From NCBI GenBank assembly GCA_964542745.1, contig CAZIVR010000005.1, forward strand, positions 9,142 through 73,141: a stretch of DNA of 64,000 nucleotides, read 5' to 3'. Made by a program: the position numbers and the translations under genes. The notes under the pieces are model-generated. The model made no database searches. It saw nothing but the letters and a program-made list of their open reading frames with translations, and had not been told where the DNA came from. This stretch comes from an uncultured bacterium. GTDB lineage: Bacteria; Eisenbacteria; RBG-16-71-46. Positions 1 through 11,395 of the stretch are shown one piece after another. Each line of letters begins with the position of its first letter. The first letter of the stretch is position 1.

Positions 1-1204
<1,204 letters not shown>

Positions 1205-1322
1205 GGCCGAAACCGTATCAGCGCCTTCGCGAGAGGGTCAACGGATGCGCGCCGCGATTCCGCGCCGCGGGGCCGGCGGTGCCCGGAGCCGCCGCGCGGG
1301 CGCGCGGAGTCCCCGGCCGGAG

Positions 1323-2063
1323 CTAGGGCCGACGCCTCGCGATCACGAGGTGCGACATGGCTTCGAGCGGATTGAAGAAGAGGCGGTCCATCGCCTCGCA
1401 GAACGCCTGCACCAGCACGTAGAGGATCCGCACCGGGACCTCGGTGAGGATGCGGGCGGGTCCACGGTTCAGGCGGTTGAGCGCCCCGATGGTGGAGAGC
1501 CCGACCCTCGCCCACAGCCCCCCGAGCGGCACGATCTCCAGCACCTCGAATCCGGCCCGCTCGAACAGGTAGCGCGCCCCGTAGGGCGTGAAGCGGTAGT
1601 AGTCGTGCGGCGCGTCGAGGATCGGCTCCATCTGGGCGAATTCCACGAAGGCGACGCCGCCGGGCTTGAGCACCCGCGCGGCCTCGCGGAACAGGAGCGC
1701 GGGCTCCGGCAGGTAGGTGACGACCGAGAACGACACCACGGTGTCCATCGAGCCGGTGCGGATCGGCTGGGCTTCGGCGCGCGCGTAGGCGTCGGGAGGC
1801 CGGGCGCCGAGGTGGCGCGAGCCGCGCAGGTCGGTGCCCCACACGTTGGCGACCCGCCCCGCGAAGCAGCCGGCGAAGGGGCGCGAGCCGCAGCCCATGT
1901 CGAGCATCTCGCCGCGCGCGTGGTGCGCGGTGCGCTCGAGGGCGCGGACCAGCTTGTGGTTGGCGAGCCAGTTGAACCTCCACACCGACCAGCGGCCGGC
2001 GCGCGGGGGTCCGAACGATTCGGGGGCGGGGCTCACGCGCGGCTCCATTCGATCCGGTGGCAT
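1323..2063 (-). CDS. class I SAM-dependent methyltransferase
   Basis: This is the C-terminal 246 aa of ORF 1323..3233. It carries the LDMGCGSRPFAGCF motif (SAM-binding motif I, GxGxG) and VVSFSVVTYLPEP (motif II/post-II). The start is MPPDRMEPRV, with an alternative ATG 15 nt downstream. Confidence 0.8.
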   Translation of the reverse strand: MPPDRMEPRVSPAPESFGPPRAGRWSVWRFNWLANHKLVRALERTAHHARGEMLDMGCGSRPFAGCFAGRVANVWGTDLRGSRHLGARPPDAYARAEAQPIRTGSMDTVVSFSVVTYLPEPALLFREAARVLKPGGVAFVEFAQMEPILDAPHDYYRFTPYGARYLFERAGFEVLEIVPLGGLWARVGLSTIGALNRLNRGPARILTEVPVRILYVLVQAFCEAMDRLFFNPLEAMSHLVIARRRP

Positions 2064-3292
2064 CCGACGTTCACGCGCGCCTCCGCCTCCCTGCCGTCCA
2101 CCTCGAGCCGGGCCTCGCCGTCGCGGCTGTCCGCGATCCTCGCGGCCGAGGCCCCCGCCGGGAGGCCGAGGCGCACCGGCTCGCCCGGCCGCCCGTGGTA
2201 GCGCAGCAGGGTCTCCCGGTCGCCGACGTCGCGCCGCGACCATCCGCGCGCGACGAGTTGCGCGATCTCCGCGTCGGTCACGAACACGGCGCCGTCCTCG
2301 CACAGCCCGGCGAGCAGTTCGCCGAGCGCGGCCCGCCCCCCGGAGGAGACATCGGCATCGAGGTGCGCGTAGTTGACCCGGTGGGTGCTGAGCACCGCGG
2401 GCTGGCCCCGGCCCCCCGCGGCCCGCGCCGCGCGGCGCGCGGCCGCGGCCCCGGTGCGTGGCGCCCCGAGCCGGGGCTCGAAGGCGATGCGGGGAGGCAG
2501 GTGCAGGAGCCCGCCGCGGCGGCGCGGCCAGCGCCGCCGGTGCCAGAGCCGGCGCAGCCGCCGGGCGGGCGCCCCGTGCTGTTCGCTCTTGCCCTGCAGG
2601 GCGGCGATGCCGAGCGCGGCGGCGCGGTCCTCGAGCCGGTCGTCCCACCGGTAGTCGGGCGGGCACAGCGACGCGGGCGGCCGCCCGAAGCGGCGCTCGA
2701 AGGCGCCGGCCGCGAGCGTGAGGTTGCGGTCGCGCACCTCCCAGGGCTCGGCCGGGTCGTACTCCCCTCCCGCCTCGACCGCCGCGCACACCGGGCTCTG
2801 GTGCGCGAGCGCGCGGCGGGCGTCGTCGTCGCCGCGCCGGAGCGCCGCGAGCCACGCGGTCTCGGGCAGGTGGTGGAGCCCGTGGAGCTCGGGCCACCAC
2901 ACGCCGCCCGCGACGGCGCGGCGCAGCTCGTCCCACAGGCCGGGCCGCGCCCAGCGCGAGGGCAGCTCGGGCGGCTCGCGCAGCGGCAGCGGGCCGATGG
3001 GAAGCGCCGCGGCACGCAGCGCGTCGTAGTCGGGCGCCGCCACGATGGTGTTGGCCTGGAGCACCGGCGCGTTCCCGTCGCCGCCGCGCAGCCCCTCCAG
3101 CACGCCGGCGAGCCCGCGCACGTCGGCCGCGCTCTCCAGGGTGGAGCCTCCGTAGGCGAGACCGGCGGGGCTGCGGAACGCGGGCGTGTCCGCGAGCGCG
3201 CGGCGCGCCTCGTCGTCCGGGGACCACGCGCACAGGCCCCAGTCGTCGCTCTGGATCACGACGGCGCGAAGCGGGGTCCAGTCGAGGGTCAC
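2033..3292 (-). CDS. hypothetical protein, possibly carbohydrate esterase/polysaccharide-deacetylase-like (VVIQSDDWG motif)
   Basis: This is the only non-low-complexity part of the 962-aa ORF 2033..4921. It starts at GTG (VTLDWTPLRAVVIQSDDWG) and overlaps the downstream methyltransferase start by ~30 nt, which suggests an operon. The family assignment is weak. Confidence 0.5.
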   Translation of the reverse strand: MTLDWTPLRAVVIQSDDWGLCAWSPDDEARRALADTPAFRSPAGLAYGGSTLESAADVRGLAGVLEGLRGGDGNAPVLQANTIVAAPDYDALRAAALPIGPLPLREPPELPSRWARPGLWDELRRAVAGGVWWPELHGLHHLPETAWLAALRRGDDDARRALAHQSPVCAAVEAGGEYDPAEPWEVRDRNLTLAAGAFERRFGRPPASLCPPDYRWDDRLEDRAAALGIAALQGKSEQHGAPARRLRRLWHRRRWPRRRGGLLHLPPRIAFEPRLGAPRTGAAAARRAARAAGGRGQPAVLSTHRVNYAHLDADVSSGGRAALGELLAGLCEDGAVFVTDAEIAQLVARGWSRRDVGDRETLLRYHGRPGEPVRLGLPAGASAARIADSRDGEARLEVDGREAEARVNVGCHRIEWSRA

Positions 3293-3391
3293 GCGCGGCG
3301 GTCCCGGGTCATGGTCGGCGGGCGACGATAGCACAGCGCCCACGGGGCGCCGCGTTGACCGCGCGCGGCCCGGCTGACAGAGTGCGCCGCC

Positions 3392-4882
3392 GTGCGAACT
3401 CCGCAGGCGAACGGCTCCGGCCGGTGGATGGCGGCCGCGATCGCGCTGGCCGCCGCGTGGTGGCTGCTGGACCTGGCGGGGCTGCGCGCCGGCGCGCCCG
3501 ACCGCCTCGACGACACCTGGGAGTACGGCGTGGTGGCCCGCGCGCTGCTCGAGGGGCAGGGCTTCCGCACCCCGGTGATCCATCCGCCGCTCTGGGGCCT
3601 CCGCGACGCGGCCTTCACCGTCCCGGTGCTGGTGCACGGCCCGCTGGTGCCGGTCCTGCTCGCCCCGGTCCTCGCGCTGTTCGGCCCCGGCGCGCTCGAC
3701 GGCATCGCGTGGCTCGCCGCACTGGGCGCGCTCGCCGCGGTGCCTTCGCTGGTGCGGCTCGGGGTGCGCTGCGGCGGCCCGCCGGTGGGCTTCGCGGCCG
3801 CGCTGCTCTGGACCGTGGCGCCCCTCACCCTGCGCTCGGTGCACCACGACGTGGCGCTCACGCTCGGGGCCGCGCTGCTGGCCGCCGCGCTCGAACTCGC
3901 CACGCGGCCCGCCGCGGAGCGCGGCCCGCGCCCGCTCGCGGCGGGCGTGGCGCTCGGGCTCGCCTGCCTCGCGCGCCACGAGCTGCTCGCCGCGCTCCCG
4001 CTGTTCGCGCTCGCGCTCGGGAGCCGCGGCTGGCGGCTGCTGGCGGGCGCCGGGCTGTGCCTCGCGCCGTGGTGGATCCACCACGCGCTCGCGGTCGGGC
4101 AGCCGCTCTTCAACCTGTCGAGCTACCTCGCGATCGGCTACTGGGGCGACCGCCCCGGGATCTCGGTGCTGCGGGACTTCGCGCTCACGCCCGACCGCTT
4201 CGGCGCGGAATTCGCCGCGCGCCTGCCCGCGCTGCCCGCGAAGTGGGCCGATTTCGCGCCCCACGCCGCGAAGCGCGCGCTGCTCGCCCCGTTCGGCGCG
4301 GTGGGCTGGCTCGCGGCGCTCGGCCTCGGCTTCGGGCTGGCCGCGCGCGCCACGCGGCGGAACGCGTGGCTGTTCGGCGCGATCGCGATGATCCCGGTGG
4401 CGGTGATGACCGTCACGCTCTACGACGACCGCTACCTGGTGCCCTTCCTCCCGCTCTACGCGCTGGCCGCCGCCTCCGGCGCCCGGGCGCTGGCGCAGCG
4501 CCTGCCGTGGTGGATGCACCGGCCGCGGGCGTGGATCGGGGCGCTGGCGCTGGTGGCGATCCCGGCGGCCGGCCCGGCCCTGCGCGACGAGGCGTCGCGC
4601 TCGGCGCGCGACCGCGCGATCCTCGCGAGCGAGCGCGCGGCGCTCGCCAAGTGGGACCGGGCGATCGAGGCGGAGGGCGCGTGGGAGCCGGGGCCGGCCG
4701 CGCGCCTCGTGTTCTCCGACACGCCGGACTTCGTGGCGTGGACCACGGGACGGCCGGTGGTGTGGATCGCTCCCGAGGATCTCCCGCGGCTCCCGGCGGA
4801 ACCCGGCCCCGGAGGTCTCCCGGCCCGGCCGGAGGGCCGCCGGGTCTGGCTCCATCCCGGCGATTCGGACGTTTCGAGGTAG
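3392..4882 (+). CDS. membrane glycosyltransferase, GT39/GT83-like (ArnT / PMT family)
   Basis: The ORF encodes 496 aa with more than 10 predicted TM helices. It has an N-terminal loop DDTWEY and the overall architecture of a 4-amino-4-deoxy-L-arabinose / protein-mannosyl transferase. It is divergent from the 2033..3292 gene. Confidence 0.7.
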   Translation: MRTPQANGSGRWMAAAIALAAAWWLLDLAGLRAGAPDRLDDTWEYGVVARALLEGQGFRTPVIHPPLWGLRDAAFTVPVLVHGPLVPVLLAPVLALFGPGALDGIAWLAALGALAAVPSLVRLGVRCGGPPVGFAAALLWTVAPLTLRSVHHDVALTLGAALLAAALELATRPAAERGPRPLAAGVALGLACLARHELLAALPLFALALGSRGWRLLAGAGLCLAPWWIHHALAVGQPLFNLSSYLAIGYWGDRPGISVLRDFALTPDRFGAEFAARLPALPAKWADFAPHAAKRALLAPFGAVGWLAALGLGFGLAARATRRNAWLFGAIAMIPVAVMTVTLYDDRYLVPFLPLYALAAASGARALAQRLPWWMHRPRAWIGALALVAIPAAGPALRDEASRSARDRAILASERAALAKWDRAIEAEGAWEPGPAARLVFSDTPDFVAWTTGRPVVWIAPEDLPRLPAEPGPGGLPARPEGRRVWLHPGDSDVSR

Positions 4883-4944
4883 CCCTCCATCCACTAGAAT
4901 CTCCCCGCGGCCGACACCCACCGATCCGGCAGGGAGGATTCCGA

Positions 4945-7662
4945 TTGAAGCGACTGCCCCGGCGCGCCGCGCTCCTCGCGGCCGTGCTCGCGGCCGTGCC
5001 CCCGTCCGGCCTGCCGGCTCCGGCGCCCGCGCGGGCCGCCCCGGCGCCCGCCGTCACCCGGCACCGCCCCCCCGCCGTCCCCGAGCGCGCGGACGCGCTC
5101 CTCCCCGCGCGCGGCATCGCCTCGGCCTGCGGCACGCGGCTCGGGAACACCGCGGACCTGCTCGCCGCCCACGCCGCGCGCGAGATCCACGCGCCGCTTC
5201 CCACGCCGAACTCCACGGACGTGGGCGAGATCGCGGTGCTCGAGGACGACGGCAGCTTCTTCTACACCGACCCCTTCGCCCGGCCGATCGCCGACCTCGC
5301 CGCGGTCGGCCGGTCCTTCTACCGCACCCACGGCGACGACTACGACTGCCTCGCGGTGTTCCTCTCGAGCGGGCTCACCACCTGGCTCGGCTCGCCCTCG
5401 GCGATCGCCGCGGCCTTCGTGGTGCGGAACTCGATCCAGGGGATCGGCATGGACGCGTTCGACGTGGGGAGCAACCTCGGGAGCCCCGCCCGCCTCGAGT
5501 GGGTGCTGAGCTTCAACGGTCTCCACCGCTTTCCGGCCGACCCGCACGCCGACATCAGCGGCGACACGTTCTCGACGCTCGACGTGATCGCGCACGAGTT
5601 CGGCCACCGCTGGCTGTCCTACGTGTTCGTGGACTCGGCGGGCTCGCCGTCCCCGGCGCTGCTCGGCCGCGCGTGGCAGCACTGGAGCTTCTTCCTCGAC
5701 TCGGACGCCTCGATCATGGAGGGCGGCGAGTGGGTGAGCCCGGCCCCCGATTCGTTCGCGGTGACCGAGCTGAGCGAGCGGTTCGGCAAGCTCGACCTCT
5801 ACCTGATGGGCCTGCGCGACGCGGCCTCGACCGCTCCCTTCGTCACGCTCCACGACGCCACCGACTTCAACCCGCCCGGGACCTACATCCCGACGAGCTG
5901 GGCCACCGTCGGCACCGGCTGCGACGCGCGCGCCCACGCCTGGACGGTGGCGGATGTGGCGGCGCTCAACGGCCCGCGGGTGCCCGACGCCGCGAGCGCC
6001 CCGCACGCGTTCCGGATGGGCGTGGTGCTGGTGACGGCGCGCGGCAACGCGGCCACGCCGGCCGACCTCGACGAGCTCGAGAACCTGCGCACCGAGTTCG
6101 TGTCCTACTTCTCGGCCACCACGCAGGGCCTCGGCACGGTGGACGCCACCCTCGACTCGCGGGCCGGAACGGTCGCGATCGAGCACGAGCCGCTGCGCGA
6201 CCGGCTCGACCTCGGCGCGCCGGTGCCGGTCGCGGCGCGCATCACGATCGCCCAGGCCGGCATCCCGATCGCGCTCGACCCGCTCTCGCCGACGCTCCAC
6301 TGGCGGCTCGGGACCGCGGGCCCGTTCCTGCAGGCGCCGATGCTGGCGGCGGGGCCCGATTCGTTCGCCGCCTCGATCGCGCCCGCGCCGGGGTATGGGG
6401 GCCCGGTCGAGTACTACCTCCGCGCCGCGAGCGACTCGGCCGGGATCGAGGCCTCCCACCCGCCGGCGGGGGCCGCCGCGCCCCATCGCTTCGACGTGGG
6501 TCCCGACCTGCTCTCGCCCGAGATCGAGCACGTGCCCGTCTTCGCGCAGGGCGAGGGGCGCATGGCGGTCACCCTGCTCGCCCGCGTCACCGACAACGTG
6601 GCGCTCGACTCGGTGTGGATCGAGTTCGGGGTGGACGGCTCGCCCTCGATGAGCGCGCCGATGGCCCGCACCGGCCGCGACTCCTTCGCGGTGGCGATCG
6701 GGAGCGGGCTCGCCGAGGGCCAATGGCTCGAGTACCGGATCGTGGCGCGCGACGAGGCGGGCCATCTCGCCGTTCACCAGAGTCCGCTCGGCGGCAGCCC
6801 GCCGTGGCGGCTCGACGTGGGCCGCGACTGGTTCTTCGACACCGAGAACGGCGAAGGCGGCCTCACGCACGGATTCGGCTGGCCGTCCTACCGCGACGCG
6901 TGGCATCCCTCGCGGGAGTCCTCCTCGCCCGCGGGCGGGACGGCGTGGAAGTGCGGCGACCTCGCCCCCACCCCCTACCCGGTCCACCTCGACGCCAACC
7001 TCTACATGCCGTGGATCCTGTCGGTCCCCCCCGGTACCGTGCTGCGCTTCGACCACCGCTACGAGCTCGAGCAGGCCAACGCCTCCCTCGCGTGGGACGG
7101 CGTGCGGGTCGAAGCGCAGGTGCTGTCGGGCCCGTGGCAGCCGCTCACGCCGCAGGCGCCCTACTCGCACGTCTTCCTCTCGAACGAGGCGCCGTTCGCG
7201 CAGGGCTCGCCGTGCTGGAGCGGATCCTCGGGCGGCTGGCGGAGCGAGGTCGTGGACCTGTCCTCGCTGGCGCCGGGCCCGGCGCGCGTCCGCTTCCGCA
7301 TGCTGGCCGACGACTTCGTGGGTGACGACGGCTGGCTCGTGGACCGCGTGCGCGTGGACTTCCCGGGCGACGCGACCTCGGTGCCGGCCGCGCCCGCGGA
7401 CCTCTCGGCCCGGCCGTGGCCGAACCCGGCGCTCGACCGGCTCCGGATCGAGCTCGCGCTGCCGCGCGCCGGCGAGGTGGAGTGGGAGCTGTTCGACCTC
7501 GCCGGCCGGCGGGTCGCGACCCTCGCGCGCGGCGCCTTCGCCGCGGGACCGCTGCCGCTCGAGGCGCGGCTTCCCCGCGGGCTCGAGCCGGGCGTCTACC
7601 TCTCCCGGCTCCTGGCTCCGGGAGCTCCCCCGCGCGTGGACCGGATCGCCGTGCTGCGCTAG
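4945..7662 (+). CDS. secreted zinc metalloprotease (HExxH) with C-terminal FlgD-Ig/T9SS-type sorting domain
   Basis: The start is TTG 8 nt after GGAGG. There is a signal peptide LKRLPRRAALLAAVLAAVPPSGLPAPAPARA and the zinc-binding motif IAHEFGHRW. The C-terminal ~75 aa (PNPALDRLRIELALPRAGEVEWELFDLAGRRVATLARG...GVYLSRL) matches the CTD shared by three other proteins in this window. Confidence 0.75.
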   Translation: MKRLPRRAALLAAVLAAVPPSGLPAPAPARAAPAPAVTRHRPPAVPERADALLPARGIASACGTRLGNTADLLAAHAAREIHAPLPTPNSTDVGEIAVLEDDGSFFYTDPFARPIADLAAVGRSFYRTHGDDYDCLAVFLSSGLTTWLGSPSAIAAAFVVRNSIQGIGMDAFDVGSNLGSPARLEWVLSFNGLHRFPADPHADISGDTFSTLDVIAHEFGHRWLSYVFVDSAGSPSPALLGRAWQHWSFFLDSDASIMEGGEWVSPAPDSFAVTELSERFGKLDLYLMGLRDAASTAPFVTLHDATDFNPPGTYIPTSWATVGTGCDARAHAWTVADVAALNGPRVPDAASAPHAFRMGVVLVTARGNAATPADLDELENLRTEFVSYFSATTQGLGTVDATLDSRAGTVAIEHEPLRDRLDLGAPVPVAARITIAQAGIPIALDPLSPTLHWRLGTAGPFLQAPMLAAGPDSFAASIAPAPGYGGPVEYYLRAASDSAGIEASHPPAGAAAPHRFDVGPDLLSPEIEHVPVFAQGEGRMAVTLLARVTDNVALDSVWIEFGVDGSPSMSAPMARTGRDSFAVAIGSGLAEGQWLEYRIVARDEAGHLAVHQSPLGGSPPWRLDVGRDWFFDTENGEGGLTHGFGWPSYRDAWHPSRESSSPAGGTAWKCGDLAPTPYPVHLDANLYMPWILSVPPGTVLRFDHRYELEQANASLAWDGVRVEAQVLSGPWQPLTPQAPYSHVFLSNEAPFAQGSPCWSGSSGGWRSEVVDLSSLAPGPARVRFRMLADDFVGDDGWLVDRVRVDFPGDATSVPAAPADLSARPWPNPALDRLRIELALPRAGEVEWELFDLAGRRVATLARGAFAAGPLPLEARLPRGLEPGVYLSRLLAPGAPPRVDRIAVLR

Positions 7663-7722
7663 GGCACCGCCCGGAAATCTCGCGCGGGCCGGCCGTGGCC
7701 GGGACGGCCCCGGCGCCCGCGG

Positions 7723-8916
7723 CTATTCGTAGCGGAGCGCCTCCACCGGATTGAGACGCGAGGCCCGCATCGCCGGGTAGTAGCCGAAGAACAGCCCCAC
7801 CAGCGTGGAGAACGCGAAGGCCAGCAGCACGGCCTCGGGCTGGATCAGCGTGGGCCAGCGCGCGATCGAGGACACCATCGAGGCCGCCAGCACGCCGATC
7901 AGCACCCCCAGCGCCCCGCCGGCCAGCGACAGGAACGCCGACTCGATCAGGAACTGGAGCAGGATGTCGCGGCGCCGCGCGCCGATCGCGCGCCGGATCC
8001 CGATCTCGCGGGTGCGCTCGGTCACCGAGACCAGCATGATGTTCATGATGCCGATGCCGCCCACCAGCAGCGACACCGCGGCGATGCTGGCGAGGAGCGT
8101 GGTCATCACCTTGGAGGTGGCCTCGGCGGTGGTCGCGGCCTCGAGCTGGGTGCGGATGAAGAAGTCGTCGGGCGTGCCGGGCCGGATGCGGTGCCGCTGG
8201 CGCAGCAGGTCGGTGATCTGCGAGACCGCCAGCTCCACCTGCCCCTCGCTCACCGCGGAGACGTTGATCCAGTTCACGTGGGTGATGCCGAGCAGCTTGT
8301 TCTGCGCGGTGGTGAGCGGCACGAGCACCACGTCGTCCACGTCCCCGCCCCAGCCGGTGCCGCCCTTGAAGGCGAGCACGCCCACCACGCGGAAGGGCAG
8401 GTCCTTGATGCGCACGATCGCCCCGACCGGGTCCGCGCCCTCGAAGAGCTGCTTGGCCACGCTCTGGCCGAGCACGCACACCTTGGCCGCGCCCCGCACG
8501 TCCGAGTCGGTGAACATGGCGCCCTGCTCGACCGGCCACTGGCGGATCTCGACGAACCCCGGGGTGGTGCCCTGGATCGAGGTGCCCCAGTTGGCGTTGC
8601 CCGAGACCACCTGCGCGATCGAACGCGTGCCGGGGGCGGCCGCCTCGACCGCGGAGCACTCGCGCGCCATGGCCTCGGCGTCCTCGGCCGTCATGGTCGT
8701 GATGCCGCCCATCCCGCCGCGGGCGCCTCCCGCGGTGACGGTCCCGGGAATCACGGTGAGCGTGTTGGCGCCGAGCGCGCGGATCTGGGCCTGAACCGCC
8801 ACCCGCGCGCCCTGCCCGATCGCGAGCGTCGCGATCACCGCCGCCACGCCGATCACGATGCCGAGCACCGTGAGCGCCGAGCGCATGCGGTTGCGCGTGA
8901 GCGCCGACGTTCCCAT
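7723..8916 (-). CDS. ABC transporter permease, FtsX/MacB-type (periplasmic core domain plus 4 TM); no fused ATPase
   Basis: It encodes 397 aa starting MGTSALTRNRMRSALTVLGIVIGVAAVIA. A MacB_PCD-like segment is followed by the C-terminal FtsX TM bundle (LLASIAAVSLLVGGIGIMNIMLVSVTERTREIGIRRAIGA). Confidence 0.85.
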   Translation of the reverse strand: MGTSALTRNRMRSALTVLGIVIGVAAVIATLAIGQGARVAVQAQIRALGANTLTVIPGTVTAGGARGGMGGITTMTAEDAEAMARECSAVEAAAPGTRSIAQVVSGNANWGTSIQGTTPGFVEIRQWPVEQGAMFTDSDVRGAAKVCVLGQSVAKQLFEGADPVGAIVRIKDLPFRVVGVLAFKGGTGWGGDVDDVVLVPLTTAQNKLLGITHVNWINVSAVSEGQVELAVSQITDLLRQRHRIRPGTPDDFFIRTQLEAATTAEATSKVMTTLLASIAAVSLLVGGIGIMNIMLVSVTERTREIGIRRAIGARRRDILLQFLIESAFLSLAGGALGVLIGVLAASMVSSIARWPTLIQPEAVLLAFAFSTLVGLFFGYYPAMRASRLNPVEALRYE

Positions 8917-8936
8917 CGCGAGCAGCGTGACGAGGT

Positions 8937-10283
8937 TCACCGCGGACGCCCTCCGCCGCCGCCCTGCGGCCGTCCGCCGCCGCCCCCGAACTGCGGCCCC
9001 CCCATCCCGGGCGGCGGCTGCAGGGCCGCGCCGCGGATCGAGACGTCGAGGCCCACGATCACCCGGTCCCCGGCCCGGAGCGCCGCGCCGCCGGCCTCGG
9101 TGAAGCCGCCGTCGGTGAGGCCGGTGAGGATCTCCACCCTCGCGGGCTTCCCCTCGCGCAGCACGTAGACCGCGCCGGGCTTCATTCCGGGCGCCGCCGG
9201 CGCGTCGGCTCCGGCGCCGGGGGCGCGCGAGGCGCCCGCGCCCGGCGGGGCGGTGCGTGGTCCGCGTGCGCCGGGCCCCGCGCCGCCGGGAGCGCCTCCC
9301 GCCGCGCGGGCCGCGCCGCGGCCGCCCCCTCCGGCCGCGTTCCCTCCGGCCGCGGCGCGCGTCGCTTCGCCGCCCGGGCGGAAGCGCAGCGCCGAGTTCG
9401 GGACCCGGAGCACGTCCTCGCGCCGCGCCACCTCGACCGACACGTTGGCGGTCATGCCGGGCCTCAGCTGGAGGTCGCGGTTGTCGGTGCGGATCACCGT
9501 GGTGTACGTCACGACGTTCTGCTCGACGATGGGCTCGAGCCGGACCTGGGTCACCGAACCCTCGAAGGTCCGGTCGGGAAACGCGTCCACGGTGAAGCGC
9601 ACCGGGAGCCCGGGCCGGATCTGCCCGATGTCGGCCTCGTCGATCCGGGTCTCGACCTGCATCTGGGCGAGGTCGTTGGCGATCACGAACAGCTTGGGCG
9701 CCTGCAGGCTCGCCGCCACCGTCTGGCCGAGGTTGACCGAGCGCGCGATCACCACGCCGTCGATGGGCGAGCGGATCGTGGCGTTCTGGAGGTCCACGCG
9801 CGCCGCCTCGAGCTGGGCGCGCGCCTGCTTGAGGTCGGCCTCGCGCTGCTGGAGCGCCGACTCCGCGGCGTCCACGTCGGCCTGCGAAACGTAGTTCTGG
9901 GGCAGCAGCTCGCGGGCCCGGTCGAGCTGGCGGCGCGACTCCCGAACCGCGGCCTCGGCGCGCGCCACCGCCGCCTCGCTCTGGGCCGCGCGCGCCCGGA
10001 ACGACGAGGGCTCGAGCTCGCACAGCACCTGCCCCGCGCGCACCCGGGAGTTGTAGTCGGCGTGCAGGCGGTAGACGGTGCCGCTCACCTGGCTGCCCAC
10101 GTCCACCTGCTCGACCGGCCGGATCGTGCCGGTGGCCGAGACCACCGCCTCGATGCTTCCGCGCTCGAGCGTCGCGGTCCGGTACTTCGGAGCCTCCTCG
10201 CGCCGCCCGCCCAGCACGACCCACGCGCCCGCCCCCAGCGCCACGATCGCGCCCGCCGCCCACAGCACTCGCCCTCGGCTCAC
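8937..10283 (-). CDS. macA: efflux periplasmic adaptor subunit (MacA/HlyD family)
   Basis: It has an N-terminal TM segment, coiled-coil hairpins, beta-barrel/MP domains and a Gly-rich C-terminal tail. It ends 20 nt upstream of the permease start. Confidence 0.85.
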   Translation of the reverse strand: MSRGRVLWAAGAIVALGAGAWVVLGGRREEAPKYRTATLERGSIEAVVSATGTIRPVEQVDVGSQVSGTVYRLHADYNSRVRAGQVLCELEPSSFRARAAQSEAAVARAEAAVRESRRQLDRARELLPQNYVSQADVDAAESALQQREADLKQARAQLEAARVDLQNATIRSPIDGVVIARSVNLGQTVAASLQAPKLFVIANDLAQMQVETRIDEADIGQIRPGLPVRFTVDAFPDRTFEGSVTQVRLEPIVEQNVVTYTTVIRTDNRDLQLRPGMTANVSVEVARREDVLRVPNSALRFRPGGEATRAAAGGNAAGGGGRGAARAAGGAPGGAGPGARGPRTAPPGAGASRAPGAGADAPAAPGMKPGAVYVLREGKPARVEILTGLTDGGFTEAGGAALRAGDRVIVGLDVSIRGAALQPPPGMGGPQFGGGGGRPQGGGGGRPR

Positions 10284-10480
10284 CCCGCCTCCCTCGAAGT
10301 CGCTCCCGGCCCGCTCCCGGCCGTTCCGGGGCCGCGCGCCGCCCGCCTCGGATGCCGCCGCGCGCTCCGCGGCGGCCGGCCGGCCGACGAGCGTGCCACA
10401 AACGCGGCCACGCGCGCATCCGGAGGCTCGCGCTCCCCCGGCGGTTGCGCTCGGGCGCCGCGCGGGTCGAGACTCCCGCC

Positions 10481-11395
10481 ATGCGAACCGAGCGCGCCCG
10501 CGACGTCGGCCGGGTCCTGTGGGGCATCCTGCTGCTCAACCTCGCCGTGGCGGCCGCCAAGCTGGCGTACGGGATCCGCTCCGGGGCGATCGCGCTCACC
10601 GCCGACGGGCTCCACTCGGCGCTCGACGGCATGTCCAACGTGGTGGGCCTGGTGGGGCTCGCGGTGGCGCGCCGCCCGCCGGACGCCAACCATCCGTACG
10701 GCCACCGCAAGTACGAGACCTTCGCCGCCCTCGGCGTCGCGGCCCTGCTGTTCTTCGGTTGCCGCGAGATCCTCTCCTCCGCGCTCGAGCGGCTGCGCCA
10801 CCCGCGGCTCCCCGAGGTGTCGGCCGCGGGCTTCGCGGTGATCCTCGCCACGCTCGCCGTGAACGTGTTCGTGGTGTGGATCGAGCGCCGCGAGGGGCGG
10901 CGGCTCCGGAGCGAGCTGCTCATGGCCGACGCCGCGCACACCGGCAGCGACGTGCTGGCGAGCGTGCTGGTGCTGGTGAGCTTCGCGCTCGCGCCGCTCC
11001 GCCAGCCGTGGGTGGACCTCGGCGCCGCGCTCGTGATCGTCGGGCTGATCGTGCGCGGCGGCTGGGACATCCTGCGGCGCACGCTCTCCACGCTCTCCGA
11101 CGAGCGGCGCATCGACCCGAAACTGGTGCAGCAGGAGGCGCTCGAGGAACCCGGCGTGCGCGAGGCCCACAACGTCCGCTCGCGCGGCCCCGACGACGAC
11201 ATCCACCTCGACCTCCACATCCTCGTGGATCCCGAGATGGCGATCGCCGCCGCGCACGAGATCGGCCACCGGGTCGAGGACCGCCTCCGGCGGCGCTGGG
11301 ACGGGCTCACCGACGTGGTGGTGCACGTCGAACCGGCGCTCGACAGCGAGCGCGGCACGCCGCGCGACGACGGGGCGCTGCGGGCCGAGGGCTGA
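10481..11395 (+). CDS. cation diffusion facilitator (CDF) family metal efflux transporter
   Basis: It contains HSALDGMSNVVGL, HPYGHRKYE and six TM segments plus a C-terminal cytoplasmic domain (HILVDPEM). The start is MRTERARDVGRVLWGILLLNL. Confidence 0.85.
   Translation: MRTERARDVGRVLWGILLLNLAVAAAKLAYGIRSGAIALTADGLHSALDGMSNVVGLVGLAVARRPPDANHPYGHRKYETFAALGVAALLFFGCREILSSALERLRHPRLPEVSAAGFAVILATLAVNVFVVWIERREGRRLRSELLMADAAHTGSDVLASVLVLVSFALAPLRQPWVDLGAALVIVGLIVRGGWDILRRTLSTLSDERRIDPKLVQQEALEEPGVREAHNVRSRGPDDDIHLDLHILVDPEMAIAAAHEIGHRVEDRLRRRWDGLTDVVVHVEPALDSERGTPRDDGALRAEG

Noticed and set aside
4894-7170. 758-aa minus-strand ORF antisense to the metalloprotease
   Set aside because: It has Arg/Gly/Val-rich low-complexity composition and no domain-like segments. 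This is a typical antisense open frame in >70% GC DNA.
3355-7662. 1435-aa plus-strand ORF spanning both the ArnT-like gene region and the metalloprotease
   Set aside because: Only the last 905 codons (from the TTG at 4945 after GGAGG) encode a recognisable protein. The upstream part is Arg/Ala/Pro-rich frame-artefact sequence overlapping the real GT39 gene in another frame.
7723-11358. 1211-aa minus-strand ORF
   Set aside because: Only the C-terminal 397 aa (the FtsX permease) is real. The remainder runs antisense through macA in a different frame and through the CDF gene.
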